DNA of 64,000 nt from Daphnia carinata (Eukaryota). The notes under the pieces are model-generated. The model had not been told where the DNA came from. It saw nothing but the letters and a program-made list of their open reading frames with translations, and searched no databases. Below are positions 10,281 to 22,523 of the stretch, in pieces (the stretch's first letter is position 1; each line of letters starts with the position of its first letter). A program made the translations under genes and the position numbers. The stretch lies in NCBI RefSeq assembly GCF_022539665.2, contig NC_081331.1:558001-622000 (forward strand), given 5' to 3'.

Positions 10281-13200
10281 TTAGAAGATTTCCTTGCGGA
10301 AATCGAAGCCAAAGTCATTGCATTTCTTAGTCAGTTCTTTGGCCAACTGAGGAGGACCACAATAGAATACGGTTACCTTCCCTTTATCTTCGTCAAGAAT
10401 TTTTTGAAAAACTTTATCCCAATTCGGTCTGCCAGCGTTCGTGCGAGTTTTCAATCCGGTCACCAAATCCCGTTTTTCCTGTTAAATCAAAGGGCAATAA
10501 AACACTGTTAAATAAAACTAATGTCTAATACTACCTTAGCGTAGAGCAAATCAAAGGCCATTTGCAATCCAACAGCTTTCATGTCAGTCTTTTTCAGCGC
10601 GCTTGTGATGTACATGTGTAAATTGAGGAAACGATCGAGTACGCCCCCAACATCTGTCTGTTCCATCTCCAATTGCGATAACATGTCAACAAACCACTCG
10701 AAACTACGTTGGTCACGGTTGATCCAGAAGAAATCGACCTGACGATAAACGATCGGTATGTGTTTAAGATTTGAATTGTAATTTGCATTCCTTTCGTCAG
10801 ATTACCTTTCTAAGATTCATAATGGAATCGGGCATCTGTGGCGCCCACGAGTGTTGGCAATTGGGACATTGTTGCAGAATGGCATAATAACGATGCATGA
10901 TTGAATGCAAAATGCTAGCGAAAGGTGTCACTCCAATACCAGCGGCAATCAGAACGGCCCGTTCGGCACGGAAGATGTGACTGGAGGGTGCTCCATATGG
11001 TCCATCAATAAATACCTAAGAAATGCGGATACTTGAATATTAAGAGTGCCAAAGATGCAATGAAATGGCTAATAGAAAGTACCGGTAATGGATAATAGAT
11101 ACGACCGGCTTCCCCAATTTTGGGCAGACGTCTTTTCACAATTTTTTTGCCTTTCTCTTCCTCGTTCAACGTTGAATTGCTTGTTGCACTCGAAATGGCT
11201 TTGGGACCAGACAAAGCTTGAGGTGACAAACTCACTTTGGTCGAATCCAAGGGGACATTTCTGCCATTGGCTGGTATGGATATACTGACGTCAGCAGGTC
11301 CACTGCGTATGTAATGATGGGCTGCTTGCTTAGCGGAACCTTGAGGAGATCTTGTTTGCGCATTAGTCAAACTATTATCTGCTGGCAATGATTGTGTCCT
11401 AGAAGAACGAAATTATGAGTACCAGCATTTTCAACATCCATCGAATAATGGAAAACAAATACCGTAACGATGGCGAGTCTACCGTTGGATTGATATTGTA
11501 AGCAAACGTGGCGTTGGCAGATAGATTTCTTGTTAACGTGGAAGAGTTAGAGACGTTATTCAATTGTGGAGCGTGGCCGATATTTTCGTAAAGATTTTGC
11601 CTAGCCTGCTCTTTCTCGAAAAATTCGTGAAGCTTATTCGTCCAGCCTCCAGCACAGCGAATATGTAGCCATAAGTAATCTGTTCGAAACAGAAATGTCC
11701 AGTGATTAGAAAATCGCCTAATGGTTAACCGCAACTGAGAAACCTACCTGGAAGTTCAGGTGCACTACTGATGGTAAACGGATGCCATTCGGTTTTAGTG
11801 ATTGCTGGAACTTTAAGATAGAGGTAGTCTCCAGGATTGAAATGAAAACCCGGTGGTTTTTTAATCACTAAGTGAGTAACGCCAGATGGCAACAGAACGG
11901 CCGAAGAGACGGTCGTCTGACCTTTTTCGTTAGAGTGACGATAAATTCCGCTGCGGATCTTCAGGATGATGAAAATGGAGCCTGGCACGATAAACCAATA
12001 CCAAAATCTAGGGCCGTGCAGAATCACGAGAATCCAGAAAGGTACGTAAAGCAAATGACTCCAGTAAAACACCTATTGAAATGCCTCAATCTGTTTCAGG
12101 TGCGCAAAGATAGTCATAATATAAAAATTTACCTCAAAATAACCGCCTTTACGTACAGACGGAAGAGAGCATACACCCATGATCGCCAAAACAATGCAAA
12201 GCAGCCATCCGGTTATGTTAGCTATGCCCGGATAAAGCCCAAACATTCCAGGGTTTGTGGTAAACAGCCATTCTTTAAGAAACAAATGTTATTGATTTCA
12301 ATGTTGGAGGGTTAATTATGACCGCTTCTATTCTTACCAGCAGCAGTGTGATTTCTTCCTGTTGCTGGAGAGACAAGAGTTCCGGCAATATTCAAAGCTA
12401 AAAGAACAAAATAAATCAAGTATCATTTTAAAAAGGAGCGTGTTTATGATTGGCTTACGGAAATTGATGAGATGCATCACTGTGTGGAGAACGCTGTAAA
12501 ATACGATGACGATACCACATGCTTTGTGTAAATAGACGTGCTGGTCGAGTGGTAGAAAACTGGCACAACCGATTTGTCTCAACAAGGTGATGACCTGACG
12601 AAGCATCAGCACCAAAATGAAGGCACAATTGAAGTTCAACGCCTGTCCTGTAAATTCAATATCTGTTGTAGCTACCATCGTCTTATGCTTCATGTTAATT
12701 CTGAGTATTACCACCAGCCCTAGCCAAAATATAGAAGATGTTTGTGTCTTTAAATTGGATGGCTCGGCTGACGAATAAACAGATATTGATGAGCGCATAA
12801 ATAGCGACAAAGATAATGTAGGCTCCATTGTTCTTTATATAAGAAGAAATGGATTTGAAAGTTAGACGAGGTGGAGGAGGTTTCTTAGCAGGTAGTATAA
12901 ACCGGTCCATGCTGAATTTAGGAAATGTTCAAACAAAACATTCAATAAATGTAGATCTTTAAATAAAATGGACATTCGACCTGATGGAAAGGTTCTCTAG
13001 TAAGCCAGGATGTTTAGCCATTTGAGCTTTTAACTCGGTGTAGGTAAGACCATTTTCTGAGCGATTGTCGAGCTCTTCGCTGCAATCCTGGGCATCCTCG
13101 TAGAGAGCCAAAGCGAGTTGTTCCACTTGCATCTCACTGAATTTCATTCCGTTCTCTTCAATGCACGCTTTTAAAACGGCTTTGAGCTCGTGCAGTTTGA

Positions 13201-14447
13201 TCAAACCGTCCCCTGTGGAAATGTACAATTTTAATCAATGTGTATTAGTAAAAAAAAAGTAGGAGAGAGCGGGCTAAATGATCATTACCATCCTCATCGT
13301 AAATCTGGAAAAGGCATCGGACTTTGTCTTCATCCGTTTGTCCGCAAAATTGCTCAAGGCCCTCGCGGAATTCGGCCATTGAAATGCTGCTGGAGCCGTC
13401 TTTATTGAAAATGCCAAAAATGCGTTCGGCGAAAAATTTCTAGAAAAATAGAAGCTATAAATAAGCTTTGAATTCCATCTTTCGAGAAAAGAAATTACGT
13501 TTTTAGACGGAATGAGCTTCTTGAACTCTTGGAAACTCATTTCTCGAGAGTCGTCTTTTACGATGGATCGAAATAATTCATCAGCAAATCCGGGCTTTAA
13601 CCTTTCAACGCCGTCCTCCCTTCTTTGCAATTGTGACAATAAAATACATATCCCTGTGTATAATGCAACGAACAGCTCACCTGTATAGAGTCAAATCGGT
13701 GAAGAAGGCCATCACATCTTCTATTGAAACCTGACCCGCCTTGTATGTGTCGATTAAACTGAAAAGTTTAGGCAACACCTGTGTTTGTTTTTTTTAAATT
13801 AGCAACGTTATGTTTTTGTACGTGCGCATAAAGCTATCTCTAGTTAATTACCCCTCGGGACTTGAAAACGTGACAAAAGGTCTCGAAATCGATGTCTGCC
13901 TGTTTAAGAAACATGTACCACAAGGTATCCAAAAGGTCAACAAATTCAGTCCCTTTCGGTTTTTCGCTAAGTTGAGATTAAATATGAATTCAGACCAGTT
14001 ATGTAAATTGATTTTCGAACATTATTACCGAAGTTTCTCTTTGAGAGAATCGACGAAATCGAGCTGAACCAGTCGACCTTCGGATTCGTGATCAAACAAT
14101 CTAAACACCAGTTGCAACACATTCTGTCCAAAGAAATGATAAAATGATGATTTCAATTGTATTTCGTGATTTTGTGTAAGTTAAAAGAAAAGAATCTTAC
14201 ATACCTCTTGCGAAAAGAGACTACAGAAGTTGCCCGCGGTGATGTTAGGTGATTGGTCTTGAATGCTTCTTTTGAGGACAGACTGAAGTCCAGTCAGAGC
14301 TTGCTGTCGTTGTTGAGCTTGTGTCAGCCAATTCACTCCGCTCGCTTGTTGGAACTCTAGCCTCGGAGACTCGCTTAATTCCGTCTGCGATTGCTGAAAA
14401 GCGCGATTGGTATGGCCCGAGAGATCGATTTCTTGGGTCGCATCCAT
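10281..14447 (-). CDS. NOX5: NADPH oxidase 5-like, copy 2; about 17 coding exons
   Basis: Starts MDATQEIDLSG with an in-frame TGA just upstream. Same intron positions as copy 1, all GT-AG. Motifs DEDGDGLIKLHE, LPLDQHVYLHK, EWHPFTISSAPE, DGPYGAPSSHIF, FYCGPP…RKEIF*. Confidence 0.92.
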
Positions 14448-16375
14448 TTTTCACGTTCCCACCTTTACCAATAAAAAATCAAAACTAAACTTAACAAAGA
14501 ATTAGGGTTACCTGATAACGGAAAGGACATGGAACTCTTTTCCGGTGTTATGATTTCAACAGAAACAATGGCATGAAAGGAAATGAACATAAACAATACC
14601 TTGGTTTCAGCTATTCCTTGCGAAAATGCTGCGCACTGTAATGTTGTTGTTTTTGTCCTCTGCAAGAGTCATGTAAAAATGAGTGTTGAACGCGACTCAC
14701 GCCGCGGTAGACTAAACAAACATTTTGGTAACGTGCTTTTTCGGTTAGAAGGATACGTGCTATGTTTGCACCCTTCACCAGAAACAGGTTCACAATAAGC
14801 GGGGAAGTCCAGTACAGGTGAACGTGATTGCAGCGAAAACAGAAAGAAAACGTCTAGCTTTGACCGTTTCTTTAACACCAAACCTTCATCTATACAACAA
14901 TTCAAGACTGGAAGAAACCTTACGGCTAGAAAGTTGGTGCCGCTTGGAGCATGACAAAACATACAAGGATGCTTCAAACGTAAACGATGACATCAGGCTT
15001 TGGCTTCATCTTTCCAAAGCCCCAGCAGCAAAAAAGGAGGAACATTCAACTAGAATGATTAGCACATTATTGATAACTTTTAATAATCTACTGTGGATAA
15101 AACATTTTCAGTTTGCTAGAGAAAATGACGCATGTTTCCTGTGTTCAAAGGTATAAATGAATGAGCTTATGCAAAATTTTGTAATTGGCAATTTGTTCCT
15201 GCCGCAAAGGCTAAAGAGATGCACGCACCGAGCGTGAATTAAAAGTAATTTCCGAAAGGGTGTCCTAGTTTATATTATCGCCCACACTTTTTTTTTCTTT
15301 ATTGCGCGTTTGATTTTGTGTTGTACCCTCTACAAACATTGCCCACCAAAGATAGCGGTAGAACGTGCGCAGGTGTTGTTTGCAAAATTGTTCTGGCACA
15401 TTTCACAAAAATATAAAAATGAAAAAAACTGTGGTCTATGTCGCCAGGTTGCGTAGGATTGTGGTGACTCATGTATCGATGATAACAATCACCTATTTTT
15501 GTAGAAATATTTCGCTACCGGAGAAAAAACATTCCTTTTCACTTTTGCTCCCCTCCCCTTTTATTTTTCTGCTTCTTTTACAAATGCATTCTCAGCTTCA
15601 AAGCATAAAAAAAGAACAACGGCCAGCTATGCAGCAATTCACTTTCTATTAAAACACGCGACGCCGAAGAAGGCAACAAAGCTCGTAAGGCATTCCAGGT
15701 ATGAAAAATCATTGCTTACCAATCTAAGGAGGCCTATTCCCATAAATTATTTTCATTCAGCCAGGTGAGTTTTGTACAACCGTCAAAGGAGAAACTTGCC
15801 GGAGAGTGAGTTTGCGTATTTGTCGTCCATCGTAGTCTACAGATACGTTGGTCACACAAGAGTGACATTAACAAATTTCAAGCCATTCGAAATGTTTGCC
15901 TAGAGGCAAACGCTTGCGGTTGCACTAGAAAGTTCTTATGTTTTCGCAGTTATTTTTTTTTGCAGACAAGTCGTGTGCAGTGTCACGGCTTTTATAGTCC
16001 CCTAATAATTGGAGGTTACATCATCACATCTCACTGACCAGGATTTTCTCATTACTGTGATTTCCAGTTAGCAACTGGAATTACCTTATGTTCCATTTGT
16101 TGAACTGCCTTTAGAAATATCAAAGCAGTTAATGAGTTTTCTAGATGTACTAGTATCAATCGAAGACAAGTTTTCGTTGCAACAGTCAGTTTTTTAAGGG
16201 CGTGGTCCTGTTCGTCAACCAGTTTTTAAAATGATTCCATCCAACTGTTAGCAAAAATCGCAAGCCAAAGATTGTACGAATCATCATGTCCTTCAACAAA
16301 TCTCGTTATCCTTTGCGAATACCGATCACAATAGAAAACCGATGACAAAAACCAAAGAGTCCCTGTGGAGAAAGT

Positions 16376-16389
16376 GTAACCTTGGTAAC
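16376..16389. promoter_or_regulatory. RFX X-box-like motif upstream of NOX5 copy 2
   Basis: GTAACCTTGGTAAC matches GTNRCC(N0-3)RGYAAC; sequence match only. Confidence 0.3.
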
Positions 16390-17345
16390 AAGCTCACCGA
16401 GGTCACCTCACGTCTTCTTCTAGCATTTTTATTGCACATGGCACGTGAATTGCCAATTTGATGGCATTCCTTTTAGCTTATTAAAGTACCATGCCAACAA
16501 TCCATTCGTAAATACCTAATGGTGATTGACAAAGAGAAGCCCGTCATATATATAAAAAAATAAGATGTCATAACAAATTACGATTAGTGTAGGTGTACGT
16601 TTTGTGGGAAATACATATTGCGGCTTACTGTTACTTGGTTTCATTAAAATATTTAGCTCGTTCATTGACCAGACCGCGGTGGTAAATTTAAGTTTCACTT
16701 CACGTGCCACTGAATATTTGGCTCAAACAGGTTAGAAAAGCTATTGTTTTTCGTGCTGTTGCCATGACTCGGGCCAGACTTGACATGACGGAATCACAGG
16801 CACACACAACGATCAGAGTTTCTTAATTATCTTTCTTCCCCTCGTGTTTATGTCCTTATACAGCAAAAGATATTAAAGGGAGCTCCAAGGTTGCGGGGGT
16901 GCCGCAACCCGTTCTACTGGTCACTGATTTAAACTTTCACTAGCGAACTACAAGCTGCATTCACGCTGCTATATTTATTGATTCTGTTCCTTTTTTTGGG
17001 AGGGCAAGGAAAATTTTTTAGAAACACCCTTCACAAACTTTGACTCCCGAACGGGACAAACTTTCGTGATTTCCAATACGCGCGTTTTGCCGTTCATTAG
17101 GATCTGACAAGTTCTTGCTTAACGTTTTGCTGACTTCATTGGTTAAACAAGTTGGACATTACAAAAACAAAGTTGAGCAAACACGCACGACGTAGATACA
17201 ATTGCCAACACATACTTTGATTAATCAAAAAGAAATTGCATTGACTTCTATTCATAATGCTGGTGCAATTCGTTTAAGATTGTTTGAAAAAATCGCTTGG
17301 TGGGCAGTAAAGTCAGAAATGTATTTCAATTAGTTGATGGCATAA

Positions 17346-20300
17346 TTAAAAGATTTCCTTGCGGAAATCAAAGCCAAACTCGTTGCATTTCTTTGTCAGT
17401 TCTTTGGCCAACTGTGGAGGACCACAGTAGAAAACAGTTACTTTTCCCCTATCCTCGTCAACTAATTTTTGAAACACTTTGTCCCAGTTCGGTCTTCCAG
17501 CGTTCGTGCGAGTCTTTAGTCCCGTCACTAAATCACGCTTTTCCTGCCATAAACAATATAAACAATATTTAGACAAATGGTAATACAAAAAGGCAAGTTT
17601 AACTGAACCTTATCGTGAAGCAAATCGAGAGCCATTTGCAATCCAACAGCTTTCAAATCCGTTTTTTTCAGAGCACTAGTGATGTACATGTGCAAATCGA
17701 GGAACCGGCCCAATACGCCACCCATTTCAGTTTGTTCCTTTTCCAACTGGGAGAGCATGTCAACAAACCATTCGAAACTGCGTTGATCACGGTTGATCCA
17801 GAAAAAGTCGACCTGAGAAAATCATAAATGTTATTTAAATAAAAGAGAAAACGATCCATTCAAGTATGAATTTTATTACTTTTTTTAGATTCATAATTGA
17901 ATCGGGCATTTGCGATACCCAGCAATGATGACATCGTGGACATGTTTGTCGGCTGGCGTAGTAGCGGTGCATGATCGATTGTAGAATACTGGCGAACGGA
18001 GTCACGCCGATACCGGCCGCAATGAGTACTGCGTGCTGGGCACGGAAGATATGACTGGACGGGGCTCCATAAGGTCCATCGATGGCAATCTAAAAACGCA
18101 AGAGAAATGCGTTGTAACGCGACTGTCCAAACAATCGATAACATGGCGAATGAAATACTTCTAGCGGGTAATAAATGTGAACTCCTTCGACTGTGTTGTG
18201 TCGTCCGTCTTTACTTGGTTGCTCAGTTTTGTTTTCATCACGCGAAGCGGACTCAGTGAGCCTCGTTCGTACGCTTTCGGGAGCGTAAGAAACACGAGGC
18301 GTTGATCTCTTTCGAAGTTCCGAACTTTTCTTGTTGTTTCCGGAGGCTTCATCAATCGGGACCATGATGCTCATCGCGCGGGGCTTATGACTCACATGTC
18401 GGTACTGATGGGTATCCCTCAAGATCCTCTCTTCGTGTGGTTCTCCGCTTGAACTAGCCGCATGAGTCTCGGATACTTGGGGCCTTCAGGCACAGTAATG
18501 TTGTAACAAAGTGACATTCGGTTCTATATTGGACAATTACCTGCTAGTGGATGTGGTTAATGTTCCATATTCACTTCGAGACACATCAGTATCGTTATTT
18601 TCCACAAAAGTTACGTTCTCATTGCCCTTTAATGATCTCAAAGTCATACGGCAAGATTCCATCTGATCGTAGGAATCCCCAGGTTGTTTGGTCGAAAATG
18701 TTCGGGTAAGTCTTCTAACTCCCCTGGAAATGTTTTAGTTGAAATGGGTATATTCATCAGAAATATATCAAAACACTCAAATCATGCCTTACTTCATGAT
18801 ATTTTGCGTCGGAAATGAGGTCTTATTCTCCAGGACGTGCATGCAATGTTGGCAAGCAGTCTGCCCATTACGGTATGGGCTCTCTGCCGACTGCTTGAGA
18901 CACAGTTTGGCTTGTTCTCGTTCAAAATACTCGTACAGCTTATTAGTCCAACCACCAGCACAGCGGATATGGAGCCACATAACGTCTTTGTTGGAATTGC
19001 AGTTTGATGTTGCGTGAAAGCAGTTGTTGAAGATTAGCCTCACATCTCGAAAAGAGACGAACATTCAAGTACCTGGTAGCTCGGGCGAACTGCTTATAGT
19101 AAATGGATGCCACTCGGTAGAAGTGATGGCTGGAATCTTGACGTAGACATAGTCACCGGGGTTGAAGTGGAATCGCTCCGGTTTGCGAATTACCAAGTGG
19201 GTGATGCGAGACGGTAAAAGCATGGCTGAACTGATGAAAGTACGACCTTTGCCCGTCAAACGAAGTTGAATTCGACCAAGCCCTTCAATGGCAAAAAGGA
19301 TACCGGGACCGATAAACCAGTACCAAAAGTTAGGGCCGTGGAGAATGAGAAGAACCCAGAAGGGCACGTAAAGTAAATGTGTCCAGTAGAACACCTGTGA
19401 AACGAGTGTATAAGTAACTAATGAACCAAAGAAATGCAAATATCATTTCAATAATTGATTTACTTCGAAAAATCCACTTTTGCGAACACACGGAAGAGAG
19501 CAGATAACCATAATAGTCAGAATAGCAACAAGTGCCCATCCGGTCAAATTCGCCCAGCCGGGAATTAATCCAAACAGGCACGGTTCCGTCGTAAAAAGCC
19601 ATTCTATTAAATGATTCAGGTTGGAAAACGTCATTTAAATGCTCTTCTCACACACAACCGTGAACAAGCAGTTAATGATACCTATTGCGTCGTGTGTTTC
19701 AAGTTTTTTACCCCGGCAGCCTGACTCGAGTTCGCCAGCAACATTCAGGGCTTTAGGCAGATTTGTATGAAAAACGAATTGTAGGTAAAAAAAAAACAAA
19801 TAAAAATTAAATATCTTTGTGATCGACTTACGGAAATTGATGCAATGCATCAACGTGTGTACGGCGCTAAGGACGGCTACAACAACACCGCACACCTTAT
19901 GGAGATAGACGTGCTGGTCTAGCGGTAAGAAACTAGCACAACCGATTTGCCTCAACAAGGTGATACAATGACGAAGCATCAGTACCAAAATGAGGGAACA
20001 ATTGAAATTCAATGCTTGTCCTAAAATGAATTGATTAATACGGCTAATGGCCTAACGTATCAATGCAGGAGGAAAAGATTACCGCAGGCCCTTGCCAATA
20101 TGTAGAAAATGTTTGTGTCTTTAAACTGAATGATTCGACTAACGAATAAGCCGATATTGACGATCGCGTAGGCTACGATGAAGATGATGAAAGGCACATT
20201 ATTCTTAACGTACGAGCAAAACGTTTTGAAAGTTGGGCCTGTTTTAGTCGTCATAGTAGCGCTCGGCAAGAGAAAACGATCCAAGCTTGAATTTGGAAAA

Positions 20301-22523
20301 TGAATCGAAAAGAAATAGAAATATCGTTAGAAAAGAATTCCTAATTATAGTTCTATATACCTGATGGAAAGGTTTTCAAGTAGCCCTGGGTGTTTAACCA
20401 TTTGAGCTTTTAATTCTTCGCAACTGAGCCCGATTGCGCTAGTACGGTCTGAATCGTTGCCCGAAGCCCGTGCATCGTCATAGAGGGCCGTTGTGAGCTG
20501 GTCGAGTTGATGTTCGCTAAATTTCATTCCATTTTCTTCAATGCAAGCTTTAAGAACAGCTTTCAGTTCATTAAGCTTGATTATTCCGTCCCCTTTATTC
20601 AAGAATGAAAGAGTATTACACGTGCAAATTATTGATCGTGGACAGAAATAATGCTCATTATAGACTATACCGTCTTCATCGTAGATTTGGAAGAGACATC
20701 GGACTTTATTTTCCTCACTTTGGCCACAAAATTGTTCCAAGCCTTCTCGGAATTCAGCCATGGAAATCGTGTTAGAACCGTCCTTGTCGAAAATACAGAA
20801 GACGCGCTTGGCGAAAAATGGCTGGCGATTGTCACAAAGATAAAAAAGGCTAATTAAGACTCATACTTTTAATCTAATTATATAGACACAACATTAGTTG
20901 TATTTACATTTTTAGACGGAATCAACTTCTTAAAGTCTTCAAAGTCCAGTTCCTTGCTATCGTCCTTGGCGATTGAACGGAATATTTCTTCAGCTCGGCC
21001 TGACTGAAGCTCTTCCACACCACGAGTTCCCCTACGTTAACATTGGTATATGTGAGCTATAAGCTACAACTTACCGAATAGCCGCATTATACAAGTTCCT
21101 TTCTGAAAACAACACTTCCAACTTCCTACCTCTGTAGAGTACATTGAGTAAAGAAAGCCATCACTTGGTCTACCGACACTTGGCCCGACTTGTTAGTGTC
21201 GACCAGCACGAAAAGTTTGGCTAATACCTTTTGTCAATAAACGAATGAATTCTTCGTCAAGTAAATGAATTCATGATAAAAATAGCTACCCCTTTAGATT
21301 TGAAAATTCGATAGAAAGTGTCCATGTCCACATCGGCTTCATTCACGAACACGTACCATAGGGTATCGATCAGGTCGATGAATTCTTTTCCTTCGGCTCT
21401 GTCACTTTAACATAAGAAAACAAAAACGAGTTCACAGAGGCGTGCGATTAGCGTGTGTAAGAAACAATCACCTACCTGAAATGCTCTTTCAGGATGTCAA
21501 TGAAATCAGATTGAACAAGTTGGCCCTTGGATTGGTGGTCGAACAATCGAAAAAGGAGTTCGAGCGCATTCTAGTAACGTAAACATGTCCGTAAGAAGAC
21601 GAATACACGTTTCAAATGTAACTAAAAGATTCGATTACCTCTTGCGAGAGAAGTTTGCAGAAGTTGTCAGCAGAGAACGCTGACTTTTGTTGTTTAACGC
21701 TGACGCAATATTGGTTGCACAGAGATTGAAGGCCAGTAAGAGCTTGTTGGCGTTGCTGAGCTTGCGATAACCAACCTTTTTTTTGCGCATCTTCAGCCTC
21801 TAGTATGGGATAGAGCGCACCATCGGCTGCATCATTTGAATGATTCGAGGTTTGTTCGTTTTCGCTTTGCGAACTGGCTTCAGCGCCCTTTTCATGATGA
21901 AAAATGAGAAGTTTGTCATTTTTTTTAAAGAAGCAAAGGAAGTGTAACGAACTTAATTCAGTGTTTGGTTATGTAGCCCTAGATTTGGAAAGCAATTATA
22001 GCCAAATATTGCGAGGTGCTCCTCTGAGCCCGTTCTAAGGCACCCACGCCATGCCTAAACACTTTACTGTGTTGTTATGTAAAGCAGTTTTGTTGCATCG
22101 ACATGTTAACGGGCTCGGCATACCGTTCCGTGCTTATAAACAAGGCGATTTACGTTCCAGACCTGTGCTGTTAGTGATTCACTTAATTTTACCTCGCCCG
22201 AATAAAACGATTTACTTTATTAACTAAAATTCCGCTATATCTCAAGTATTAAACTTTTAAACAGTGCTGTTGCCATGGCTGCTCCCTACGTCTCGAATTT
22301 AAAACGCTAACGAAACAAGCTAAATTTGAGAACTGCCACAGGTATCAGAGCACAAAATCGATATTTTTGTAAAGTCTTTGAAACCCATATTTTTCTTGTA
22401 TATGCTTCCCATTATTTGAACAAAGAAAAACCCAAGCATAAGGGCCGGCAAAAACTGGCTGAAAATACACAGGAAGACAACAGAATTATAAAGAATTACC
22501 TTGTTGGGAACAGAAGAAGCCAT
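17346..22523 (-). CDS. NOX5: NADPH oxidase 5-like, copy 3; about 19 coding exons
   Basis: Likely first exon 22523-22500 (MASSVPNK|gtaatt) splices in phase 0 to GAEASSQ…WLSQAQQRQQALTGLQS. EF loops DKDGSNTISMAE and DEDGDGIIKLNE; EWHPFTISSSPE; DGPYGAPSSHIF; ends RKEIF*. All introns GT-AG. Confidence 0.9.

Noticed and set aside
16889..16909. GC-rich hairpin GGTTGCGG-GGGTG-CCGCAACC as a Helitron 3' end or terminator
   Set aside because: No correctly placed CTRR end and no matching 5' end; intrinsic terminators do not apply in this eukaryotic context
4041..20857. Plus-strand ORFs overlapping the NOX5 genes, some similar to each other
   Set aside because: Antisense shadows of conserved NOX5 exons
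21800..21919. ATG at 21919 or 21895 as the start of NOX5 copy 3
   Set aside because: These ATGs are out of frame with the conserved WLSQAQQRQQ segment and hit TAG; an upstream MASSVPNK exon fits better
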